Shown here in pieces: positions 18,390-26,794 of a stretch of 29,704 bases of DNA. Numbering within the stretch: position 1 is the first letter of the stretch; every line of letters starts with the position of its first letter. The DNA lies in the IMG/VR virus record IMGVR_UViG_3300020045_001537, positions 1 to 29,704 of that record, one strand, 5' to 3'. This DNA is from a virus (taxonomy: Duplodnaviria > Caudoviricetes). Made by a program: the position numbers and the translations under genes. The notes beneath the pieces were generated by a model that saw only the letters and a program-made list of their open reading frames with translations, searched no databases and was not told where the DNA came from.

Positions 18390-18832
18390 ACCTGACCGCC
18401 CTCGCAGCTGCTGTGTCTGCCGCCCTTGCTGGCGTTGCTGGTTACGCGCTTGCTTGGAATATCCAAGCCAAGATACTTGTGGATACAAAACTGGAGCACG
18501 CAAATGAGCGCATCGAACAACAACGGGGTGCTCGGGCTGCGATTGAGCGAGCTACGACAGCGGTCACAGCAGCGCAGAACGCTGCGGCGACTCGTAATGT
18601 CAGTCTTGCTGCTGATCGCACTAGGGCTGCTGATAGCGGTAACGGGCTGCGCATCGCCAGCACCACTGCCGTGCGAGCCAGCACCGCCGATCTCGATGCC
18701 TGTGCCGCCTCGCTTGATGCCCACAGTGTCGTACTCGGCCAGTGTTCAGAGCGCCTTGTCGAGGTGGCAGGGGATGCTGACCAGTGGGCCTCGCACGCCG
18801 TAACATTTCAAAATGCTTGGCCAACGCAATAA
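18386..18832 (+). CDS. Rz: i-spanin (Rz-like)
   Basis: N-terminal TM segment plus Ala-rich coiled coil, downstream of the endolysin, with an embedded lipoprotein gene; start at ATG 18386. Confidence 0.75.
   Translation: MNLTALAAAVSAALAGVAGYALAWNIQAKILVDTKLEHANERIEQQRGARAAIERATTAVTAAQNAAATRNVSLAADRTRAADSGNGLRIASTTAVRASTADLDACAASLDAHSVVLGQCSERLVEVAGDADQWASHAVTFQNAWPTQ
18597..18803 (+). CDS. Rz1: o-spanin (Rz1-like lipoprotein) embedded in Rz in the +1 frame; start could be further upstream
   Basis: MSVLLLIALGLLIAVTG-C lipobox followed by Pro-rich ASPAPLPCEPAPPISMPVPP. Confidence 0.75.
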   Translation: MSVLLLIALGLLIAVTGCASPAPLPCEPAPPISMPVPPRLMPTVSYSASVQSALSRWQGMLTSGPRTP

Positions 18833-18836
18833 AAAC

Positions 18837-18896
18837 ACGTTATAATTTCAGCACTTAGCGAGTGCTGCACCAGCATCAGTAACTGATTATTTGGAG
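18837..18896 (+). promoter_or_regulatory. Late promoter (ACGTTATAATTT) plus structured leader
   Basis: Identical 12-mer to 10222-10233; TGCTG-CAC-CAGCA hairpin, alternative CAGCACT/AGTGCTG stem, TTTGGAG SD. Confidence 0.6.
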
Positions 18897-18901
18897 CACA
18901 A

Positions 18902-19534
18902 ATGAGCTACGTCATGACCTTTAACTCACTACAAGAAGACCTCCGTAGGTATCTTGAGCGTGGGTTTACGCACGATAATGACCAGATCGTGTATGACCAG
19001 CTGCCTCGGCTAATTAACTTGGCAGAGCGCCGTATTTCTCGTGAGCTCAAAGTACAAGGTTTCAATCGCTACGTACAGACCACGCTTGCTCCCAACGTTG
19101 CGGTGTACGAGAAGCCAGATCGTTGGCGTGATACAGTGTCTATGACAATTAATGGCACCCCAATCTTTGGCCGCTCGTATGAGTACTGCAGGTCGTATTG
19201 GCCAGACGAAGCCCAAACGGGTACGCCGAAGTTCTATGCCGAATACGACTATAATCATTGGTTGTTTGTACCTACCCCAAGCGCAGCAGACACCTTGGAA
19301 ATCTCGTACTACGAGCTTGTGCGGCCGCTAGACGACGAGAACCAAACCAATTGGCTCACAGCGTATGCCCCCAACATTTTGCTTTATGCTGCGCTACTTG
19401 AAGCCACACCGTTCCTCAAGAACGACGAGCGCGTGCCAGTTTGGCAAGCTATGTATGATCGTGCGGCACAGTCGTTGAATGGCGAAGACATCGCCAAGAT
19501 TCTTGACCGCTCTGCAATAAGGAATGATGTATGA
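18902..19534 (+). CDS. Putative tail adaptor (tail tubular protein A-like)
   Basis: INLAERRISREL, GTPKFYA, FVPTP, TNWL...PNILLYAALLEA; first gene of the tail block. Confidence 0.65.
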   Translation: MSYVMTFNSLQEDLRRYLERGFTHDNDQIVYDQLPRLINLAERRISRELKVQGFNRYVQTTLAPNVAVYEKPDRWRDTVSMTINGTPIFGRSYEYCRSYWPDEAQTGTPKFYAEYDYNHWLFVPTPSAADTLEISYYELVRPLDDENQTNWLTAYAPNILLYAALLEATPFLKNDERVPVWQAMYDRAAQSLNGEDIAKILDRSAIRNDV

Positions 19535-20724
19535 CTATCTACGCTGACGTTTTTGGGGGCGCTAACATATACCCCAGCGATGTGACATACCGCGCAGTTA
19601 CGCTTACAGCTGATACTACATTGAATTGGCCCGAAGAAACTGCTGCCACAGGCAACTTCGCGGCAAGGATCATGGATGTAGCTGCAAGCTCTACTGGGCT
19701 TACTTTGACTCTGCCTAATGCTATGGGCGCTGGGCCTGGTGAGACTATACTTTTCAACAATACTAGTGCAAACACATATGCGGTTGTTGATGCGCTAGGT
19801 GTGGCGGTTGTATCCGTAGCAGCTGGTGAAGCATGGCAAGTGTACCTAGCAGACAACAGCACTGAAGACGGCAGCTGGAAGACTTTTCAGTATGGTGCCG
19901 GTGTGTCGTCCGCAAATGCCGCGGACCTGGCTGGAACTGGAATTGTGGCGGTTGGAACGCTCTTATCGCAATCCATCCCGATCACCAATATCAATTCAGA
20001 CTATACATCAGGGTTAACTGACCGCGCAAAGATGTATCTGTGGACAGGGGGTTCAGGCACACTCGCATTACCAGATCCTGCAACGGTTAGCAACAATTGG
20101 TTCCTGATGGTTCGCAATGCGGGGTCTGGTACACTTGTGCTAGACCCCGTTACTACCTCACTAGTTGATGGGGCTTCATCAAAAACATATCAACCTGGTG
20201 AGTCATCAATTGTAGTTACCGACGGTGTAAACTATTACAGCTTGGGCTACGGTAGGTCTTCTGAATTTGCATTTGATTTTACGTCTATTGATATTTCTGG
20301 AACGGGTAACTACACGTTGTCTGGCGCAGAGCTCAATAGAATTGCATACAAGTTTACCGGGACTTTGACGGGCAACCGCAATATCATTATACCTGGAACT
20401 GTGCAGCAATACTGGATAAATAACCAAACTTCAGGAGCTTATACCGTTACGGTTAAGCTCCTGGCAAGTGCTGGTAAAGTTGTTGAGCAGAACGAAACAG
20501 TTATTGGGTACAGCGATGGGTCAGATTTTATATTTGCAAACACCTCCCCGTTAGCAATCCCAGTGTCTATTGCAAATGGTGGTACCGCTGCAACCTCTTC
20601 CGCGGGAGCCCGTGTAAACTTGGGAGCCACGTCTATTGGTGATGCCGTATTTACTGCTGTGAACCCTGCAGCGGCGTGGTTCGCACTGGGGGCTGATTTT
20701 GTGATAGACGGGGGCACATTCTAA
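19531..20724 (+). CDS. Tail fibre-like structural protein
   Basis: Repeated TLTLP/TLALP...VTDGVNYY modules; C-terminal IANGGTAATSSAGARVNLG and IDGGTF. Confidence 0.65.
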   Translation: MTIYADVFGGANIYPSDVTYRAVTLTADTTLNWPEETAATGNFAARIMDVAASSTGLTLTLPNAMGAGPGETILFNNTSANTYAVVDALGVAVVSVAAGEAWQVYLADNSTEDGSWKTFQYGAGVSSANAADLAGTGIVAVGTLLSQSIPITNINSDYTSGLTDRAKMYLWTGGSGTLALPDPATVSNNWFLMVRNAGSGTLVLDPVTTSLVDGASSKTYQPGESSIVVTDGVNYYSLGYGRSSEFAFDFTSIDISGTGNYTLSGAELNRIAYKFTGTLTGNRNIIIPGTVQQYWINNQTSGAYTVTVKLLASAGKVVEQNETVIGYSDGSDFIFANTSPLAIPVSIANGGTAATSSAGARVNLGATSIGDAVFTAVNPAAAWFALGADFVIDGGTF

Positions 20725-22238
20725 TGCCTGCACAAACGATCATCTTAAAGTCAAACCCCGGTATCAAACGGGATGGCACTAAGTTTGATGGCGACTTTTA
20801 CACCGACGGCCAGTGGGTACGGTTTCAGCGTGGGCTACCCCGTAAGATGGGCGGGTACAAGTCACTGTCGATCCCTCTTGGCGAGATGTCTAGAGGACTT
20901 ACAAACTACCCCCAAAATAACCTTGTGTTTTGTCACTCAGGCGGTGAGACAACACTTGAGCGGTTTACGCTTGACGATGACAAGTTAAGCTCCCCGACTA
21001 TCGACCGTACCCCAACAACACTCACCGCAAGTGCCTACAACCATTGGATGTTTGACCATGCATTTGATGCTTCAGTTGGTGCAACTCAAATTATAGCGCA
21101 GGTAGCTCCTAACGGTAGTAACTTCAATAACGCAGTTGGTGGGCAGATATTTTCAGGCGATGTGGATGATACTGTAGCTCTGACAGAGATTACGCTCCCA
21201 CCTGACACCAACGCCACTGGCGGTGTAGTTATGCTACATCCGTATTTGTTTTACTACGGGTCTGGTGGTATTGTAGGCTGGTCAGTTGCCGGTGATATTA
21301 CCGACTTGACAGGATCTGGTTCTGGTATTGCGCGCCCATGGGGACAGAAAATCATTAAGGGTTTACCGCTTCGTGCAGGTGCCGGTTCTGCGCCAGCTGG
21401 GATCTTCTGGGCGTATGATGCAATAATTAGGGCTTCGTTTGTTGGTGGGTCTGCTGTATTTCAATTTGATACGCTTGCCACAGACACGTCTATTTTGTCT
21501 GCGGATTGTGTTGTGGACTACGACGGTGTGTTCTACTGGGCTGGTATTGACCGCTTTCTGATGTTCAATGGTGTGGTGCGCGAAGTACCTAATGCAATGA
21601 ACCTAAACTGGTTCTTTGACCACCTAAACCTCAAGCAGCGCACACAGGTGTTTGCATTCAAAGTTCCGCGCTACGGAGAAATTTGGTGGTGCTACCCACG
21701 TGATAATGCTGCGGAGTGCTCACACGCTATTATCTACAACGTGCGCGAAAATACTTGGTACGATACGGAGTTGCCTAGCGGGTTCCGTACAGCCGCGTCC
21801 TTTTGTAACGCCTATGCTATTCCATTGATGGTAGGCGGAGATAGCAAGGTGTGGTTGCATGAGCAAGGTGTCGACAGAATTGAGAGCGCTAGCATCTTAA
21901 CTGTAGAGTCTCATTTTGAGACATGTGATATCTCTAGCATTGCAACTAAAGGTATGAACGCCAAGTTACGCCTGACCGCAATTGAACCAGACTTTGTACA
22001 AGCAGGTCCGCTAGAGGTGCAAGTGACAGGTAGAGCTAACGCTCGGTCGCCTGAAGTTATAAGCAAAACCTTTGTTGTACCCGAAACTGCTACCGAGACA
22101 TACGAGCAAATTGTTATGCTCAAAGAACAGCGTAGAGAACTTCGGGTGAAGTTTACGTCCAACTCAATTGGGGGTGACTACCAGATGGGGCAGATTATTG
22201 CGCATCTTGAATCTGGTGACCATACGGTGCTCGGATGA
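20724..22238 (+). CDS. Putative tail nozzle/stabilisation protein (beta-propeller; P22 gp10/T7 gp12-like role)
   Basis: 504 aa; WVRFQRGLPRKMGG, YGEIWWCYP, IIYNVRENTWY; typical position. Confidence 0.7.
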   Translation: MPAQTIILKSNPGIKRDGTKFDGDFYTDGQWVRFQRGLPRKMGGYKSLSIPLGEMSRGLTNYPQNNLVFCHSGGETTLERFTLDDDKLSSPTIDRTPTTLTASAYNHWMFDHAFDASVGATQIIAQVAPNGSNFNNAVGGQIFSGDVDDTVALTEITLPPDTNATGGVVMLHPYLFYYGSGGIVGWSVAGDITDLTGSGSGIARPWGQKIIKGLPLRAGAGSAPAGIFWAYDAIIRASFVGGSAVFQFDTLATDTSILSADCVVDYDGVFYWAGIDRFLMFNGVVREVPNAMNLNWFFDHLNLKQRTQVFAFKVPRYGEIWWCYPRDNAAECSHAIIYNVRENTWYDTELPSGFRTAASFCNAYAIPLMVGGDSKVWLHEQGVDRIESASILTVESHFETCDISSIATKGMNAKLRLTAIEPDFVQAGPLEVQVTGRANARSPEVISKTFVVPETATETYEQIVMLKEQRRELRVKFTSNSIGGDYQMGQIIAHLESGDHTVLG

Positions 22239-22456
22239 TTACCTTCCCAACAAACCTTACGCTACCCGACTGGACGGCCCAAGTTGGTATGGACCTAGAT
22301 CGGTATGGTTCAGTAGAGGTGCTGCGTAATGATGACTGGAAAGAGTGGGGCGCACGTTTGATTGCCAGCATAGACATTGGGCGTAATATCCCAAACCCAT
22401 ATCATTTTGACAATTGGGTTGACTGGGCTGAGCGTGTTTGTGGGGCGCTATCATGA
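22235..22456 (+). CDS. Small Trp-rich phage protein
   Basis: ATGA overlaps at both ends; DWKEWG and PNPYHFDNWVDWA. Confidence 0.7.
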   Translation: MITFPTNLTLPDWTAQVGMDLDRYGSVEVLRNDDWKEWGARLIASIDIGRNIPNPYHFDNWVDWAERVCGALS

Positions 22457-22899
22457 AAGTCATTGGGTTTAACCGCGAAGACGAAGCGCTAAAATGGGCG
22501 AAGTCCAGACTTGGCCTTACGGAAGATGTCGGGTTTTGCCGGGTTCTTTCAGCCGTTGATTTTAATGATAGCTTTGTGCTCACTGTTGTGTTGTCTAATT
22601 TTGTCAAAGGCAACATTGACATGCATGTAGCTGCAGCACCAGGTGGTCAGTGGGCGCGCCCGAAGGCTATCATTGAAATGTTTAACAGTGTGTTCCATTA
22701 TGCATTTACACGGCATAATGCAGATAGAGTGACAGGCTTAGTTCCTGCAGATAACTTAGAAGCCCGTCGGTTTGATGAGCATCTAGGTTTCAAGCTTGAA
22801 GGGCTTATGCGGAAAGCGCTGAATGGTAAAGACCTGTGTATTTATGGTTTTTTGCGTGAAGAATTTGAGACCCACCCGTGGTACAGAGGAGCAGTATGA
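22453..22899 (+). CDS. GNAT/RimJ-RimL-like N-acetyltransferase
   Basis: RVTGLVPADNLEARRFDEHLGFKLEGLMRK (motif B); start at ATG 22453. Confidence 0.8.
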   Translation: MKVIGFNREDEALKWAKSRLGLTEDVGFCRVLSAVDFNDSFVLTVVLSNFVKGNIDMHVAAAPGGQWARPKAIIEMFNSVFHYAFTRHNADRVTGLVPADNLEARRFDEHLGFKLEGLMRKALNGKDLCIYGFLREEFETHPWYRGAV

Positions 22900-24593
22900 A
22901 TCGGCAACAACTTATGGCTATTGCAGCCAACAATCCTAAGTTCCAGCAAGGGGTGGCTATTCTTGAGCAGCGCCTTACTCAGATGAAGGTGACTCCTGAA
23001 ATGCTTCAGGAGCTAGTAAAAACCCTTGAGTTTGTACTAGCTAACCCGGACCGCTACGCCGAAGTCCGCGCGGCGGCAATCTCAAAGGGGTTCGCAACTG
23101 AGCGTGATGTACCAACAACATTCAACAAGGTGTTCATTATCTCGTTGCTTGTTGCGCTTTATGCTATGCAAGATCGGATGCAACAAGGTGCGTTTGCAAC
23201 AGGAGGACTAGCCCAGTATGGTCGTGGGGGTGACACTGAACTTGCGCATATCAACCCAATGGAGGCTGAAGTACTGCGTCGCATGGGCGGCTCGGGTACG
23301 GTTAACCCTACAACGGGTCTTCGTGAGTTTAAGAGCGGTGGGCTAGGCTCTGTGCTTTCAGCCATCGTCCCCACAGTGCTGGACTTCTTTGTACCAAGTC
23401 TTGGGTCCGCGTTATCTGGTACAGTCGGTGAAATTGGCAAGCAGGCAGTTTACGGCGCAGCCGGTTCTGCCCTAGGTGGGGGTGACTGGAAACAGGGCGC
23501 CTTAGCTGGCGCATTGCAAGGCGGTCTAGGCGGCATGGCCGGGAAAGCTATTGGCGATGCAACAGGGCTAGGCTCCGGTGTGAGCAACCTGCTTGGTGGA
23601 ACACTGATTGGTGGTGCAGCAGGTGCTATGGGCGGACAAGGGTTTGGTAAAGGCGCGTTGAGCGGTTTGATCGGATCAGGTATCGGGCAGATGTCTCAAG
23701 GCACCCAGTTTGCTGCTGCAGGACAAACTGCAGGTAATCTCTTGACATCGGGTGCATCCCCACAATCTGCGCTTGTTGGTGGCGCACTTGCACAGTTGTC
23801 GAGCGCGTATTTGCGTCCTAGCGACAAGGTGGTTGCAGCGGGGCGATATGACCTGAGCACCCCAACTAGCGCAGATAGCACTGGCACAGGCCTGCGGGTA
23901 CCAACTGCCAGCAGTCTTGAAGACATGGGCGGCGGTACAGGCTTAAAGCTGCCTAGCGCATCGGTTGTAGATGACACAACAGATATGGGTAGCGGAACAG
24001 GTCTCCGCGCCACACAAACAGTTACTCCAGTCCCAGCGGTCCCAAAAGCTGGGTTTGACTTTGCAGGGTTAACTAGCAAGCAGATGATTTCTGCTGCTCC
24101 TGCATTGCTTTCTCTTCTAGGCGCTGCAAGCACACCAGCGCAGGTTCAGCAGGCGGTTACACAGATGACACCTGCACAGCAAAAGTATTTCAATTTACCT
24201 TCCCAGAATTGGGACTGGACAAAGATGCAAGCAGATGCTGCGCAAGCTGGCATGGGCCTGGGGCAGTATATGGCCCGAAATTGGGACAAGCTAACTGCAG
24301 GTCAAGCGTACGTACCTCCCGCACAAAAACTGGCGCGTGGCGGCTTAAGTATGCTGATGCAAGGCGCAGGTTCAGGCCGTGATGATACGATTCATGCAAA
24401 GCTCTCAGACGGGGAGTACGTCATGGACGCAGAGTCTGTTGCCCTGCTGGGTGATGGCTCAACTGCTGAAGGCGCAAAACGCCTAGACCAAATGCGAGGA
24501 GCTATCCGAGCGCATAAAGGAAAAGTGCTGTCCAAGGGGAAGATAAGCCCCAATGCCAAATCACCCCTCACTTACTTGAAAGAGGTAGCTTAA
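22896..24593 (+). CDS. Internal virion/ejection protein (565 aa) with Gly-rich hydrophobic core
   Basis: GAGGAG SD; FATGG-GRGGDTELAHINP and LARGG-GAGSGRDDTIHAKLSDGEYV modules flank a Gly/Ala-rich region. Confidence 0.65.
   Translation: MNRQQLMAIAANNPKFQQGVAILEQRLTQMKVTPEMLQELVKTLEFVLANPDRYAEVRAAAISKGFATERDVPTTFNKVFIISLLVALYAMQDRMQQGAFATGGLAQYGRGGDTELAHINPMEAEVLRRMGGSGTVNPTTGLREFKSGGLGSVLSAIVPTVLDFFVPSLGSALSGTVGEIGKQAVYGAAGSALGGGDWKQGALAGALQGGLGGMAGKAIGDATGLGSGVSNLLGGTLIGGAAGAMGGQGFGKGALSGLIGSGIGQMSQGTQFAAAGQTAGNLLTSGASPQSALVGGALAQLSSAYLRPSDKVVAAGRYDLSTPTSADSTGTGLRVPTASSLEDMGGGTGLKLPSASVVDDTTDMGSGTGLRATQTVTPVPAVPKAGFDFAGLTSKQMISAAPALLSLLGAASTPAQVQQAVTQMTPAQQKYFNLPSQNWDWTKMQADAAQAGMGLGQYMARNWDKLTAGQAYVPPAQKLARGGLSMLMQGAGSGRDDTIHAKLSDGEYVMDAESVALLGDGSTAEGAKRLDQMRGAIRAHKGKVLSKGKISPNAKSPLTYLKEVA
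23883..24008 (+). repeat. Three degenerate in-frame repeats (DMG)xGTGL[RK]xPxAS
   Basis: GTGLRVPTAS, DMGGGTGLKLPSAS, DMGSGTGLRA. Confidence 0.65.
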
Positions 24594-24594
24594 A

Positions 24595-25674
24595 ATGTCA
24601 CTTACAACTGGAACGGCTGTTCAGGCCCCTTCGTACTCCACATCCTCAACGGAAACACCAACGTGGATGCAAGATGCAATCTATAACCAAATCCAGCAGG
24701 CGACAAACGTAGCCCAAACACCGTACCAGGCGTACAACAATCCACTGGTAGCTTCGCTTGACCCGCTGCAGCAGCAAGCATACGGGCAGGTTCAAGCTAA
24801 TCAAGGCCTATGGGCACCATCTTTGCAAGCTGCACAGGAAGGTACTTTGGGGATTGCAAGTGGTCCAGGTGGGTACTCAGCCGCCCAGCCCTACGCGCAA
24901 GCTGCCAGTCAGATGAGCGGATTGCAGACCGCGCAACCTTACTTGAATGCTGCAGGGCAGAGCTCTGTGAGTAATATCCAAGACTACATGAATCCGTACA
25001 CCCGCAATGTGACGGACGAAATTGCACGTTTAGGGGCTAGAAACCTGAGCGAGAATTTGCTCCCCGGTGTATCTGATTCCTTTGTCAAAGCAGGTCAGTT
25101 TGGTAGCAACCGCATGGGTGAATTCGGTTCGCGGGCAGTACGCGACACACAAGATTCTATTTTGAACCAGCAAGCGCAAGCTCTGCAGTCCGGCTATGGG
25201 CAAGCCCTAGGCGCATCGCAGACGGACCTTTCTAGACAAGCGTCCTTAGGTAGCACTGCAGGGCAGTTAGCTTCCACCCAACAAAATGCACTAATGACAC
25301 TTGGTCAGCAAGCTGGCACACTTTCACAGGCAGACATTGCACGGCAGCAGTCCGCACTTGGGCAGCTTGCAAACATGGCGCAGCAAGGGCAAGCAATGGG
25401 TGCTGCAGATGTGGCGTCACTTGAGGCTGCCGGGTTGGCAAACCAAAATTACCAGCAGAATTTGCTCAACTCTGCCAAATCTCAGTGGGACGCGGAGCAG
25501 GCGTACCCCCGTCAGCAACTTGATTGGCTATCTACGCAAGTACGCGGCATGGCCCCGATTACGCCGCAAACCACAACGCAGTCCGGGTATACTACGCAGG
25601 TGGGCGCGTCACCGTTGTCGCAACTTGCATCTGGGCTAGCTGCAAGCGCAGGACTGTACCAAACACTAAAGTAA
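24595..25674 (+). CDS. Gln/Ala-rich DNA ejection (pilot-like) protein
   Basis: YMNPY, AGQFGSNR, helical Q/A-rich body and hydrophobic C-terminus. Confidence 0.65.
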   Translation: MSLTTGTAVQAPSYSTSSTETPTWMQDAIYNQIQQATNVAQTPYQAYNNPLVASLDPLQQQAYGQVQANQGLWAPSLQAAQEGTLGIASGPGGYSAAQPYAQAASQMSGLQTAQPYLNAAGQSSVSNIQDYMNPYTRNVTDEIARLGARNLSENLLPGVSDSFVKAGQFGSNRMGEFGSRAVRDTQDSILNQQAQALQSGYGQALGASQTDLSRQASLGSTAGQLASTQQNALMTLGQQAGTLSQADIARQQSALGQLANMAQQGQAMGAADVASLEAAGLANQNYQQNLLNSAKSQWDAEQAYPRQQLDWLSTQVRGMAPITPQTTTQSGYTTQVGASPLSQLASGLAASAGLYQTLK

Positions 25675-25683
25675 GGGTCTACC

Positions 25684-26793
25684 ATGTCAGCTATGCTCTC
25701 GCCTCTAACACAATTTGCAGCCCCGCCTACCGTGTTGCCGCAGGTTGCCTCACCTTGGGAATCACAAACGCCGGCTAATTACGGTACAGGCACGTTTTCT
25801 GGAAACACACCATATGATAAGTGGTTATACTCACAAAACCAACGTCTGCAAAATATGGTCCTGCCTGATTACCCCACGCAGTATGCGTCGTACATGCCGC
25901 AAGCCCCAATCAACAGTACCCCTACAGATAACACGTACCAACAACCCAGCACTGTACCAAGCACAGTTACGCCTGTAAGTACTCCCGCTTCTGCAGGGCT
26001 AACTACATTTGCAGATGGATCTCAGGGCTACGCCGCGGGGTATACCGGTTCTGTGATTGGCGGCGGGCGCGTAGACACAAATGGCAACTACATTACGCAA
26101 GAGCCAATTACGGCAGAAGAGCAGCTACGTCGGAATAACCTAACAAACCTGCAAAACTTGGTAACAAGTGGGGACCAGGCAGCTGTGCTTAGCTACATGC
26201 AAGATCATAATCTAGACTCTGCATTTTTCAACGACGCGCTAAGCTACGCGGGTTCCCCAACTGCGGCCACTGGACGCAGTGCCGAAAACTGGCTGATTAG
26301 CGCAGCGCAAGCAAATAACTCAGAAGTTCCAGGCTTGAGCTACGCTAGCCCTGAGGAAATACGTCAGTTCCTAGAATGGCAGCAGAACCAGGAAGGTCTT
26401 ACTGGACAGCGTATAGGTGATACCTGGACCCAGCAAGGTATTACTGATCCGTTTGCTGATCAGCGTCTTATCGACACTGCCCAGCAAGCAATAGCTACCG
26501 AGAAAAGTAGACAAGCTGCTTCCGTGCAAGGGTACACCCCAGCGTATCAGTCCTATGATACTGCAGTACAACCCGCTAGCCCTTTAGCCCAAGTGCAAGC
26601 AGCCCCTGCGGTTGCTAGCCCGGTGCCGGCCGCAGCTGCAGTTACGCAACCTGCGCCACAGCAAACACTGGCAAGTATGGGCTTTGGTGACAGTAGTAAT
26701 GATCACGCCCGCGGGGGCTTAATCTCAATGGCAAAGAAGTACGCCTCAGGTGGGTACGTTGGTTCAATGGCTTCCAAATACGGAGTATACTAG
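25684..26793 (+). CDS. Low-complexity putative internal virion protein with C-terminal double xGG motif
   Basis: 369 aa P/Q/T/A-rich; ends HARGGLISMAKKYASGGYVGSMASKYGVY. Confidence 0.6.
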   Translation: MSAMLSPLTQFAAPPTVLPQVASPWESQTPANYGTGTFSGNTPYDKWLYSQNQRLQNMVLPDYPTQYASYMPQAPINSTPTDNTYQQPSTVPSTVTPVSTPASAGLTTFADGSQGYAAGYTGSVIGGGRVDTNGNYITQEPITAEEQLRRNNLTNLQNLVTSGDQAAVLSYMQDHNLDSAFFNDALSYAGSPTAATGRSAENWLISAAQANNSEVPGLSYASPEEIRQFLEWQQNQEGLTGQRIGDTWTQQGITDPFADQRLIDTAQQAIATEKSRQAASVQGYTPAYQSYDTAVQPASPLAQVQAAPAVASPVPAAAAVTQPAPQQTLASMGFGDSSNDHARGGLISMAKKYASGGYVGSMASKYGVY

Positions 26794-26794
26794 C

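Noticed and set aside
16383-18652. Shared TGCASP / ACGGGCTGCGC in the two lipoproteins
   Set aside because: Only 11 nt and explained by lipobox constraints; no further similarity.
18029-18724. 231-aa minus-strand ORF and other antisense ORFs in the track
   Set aside because: Shadows of the continuously tiled + strand genes, with no recognisable motifs.
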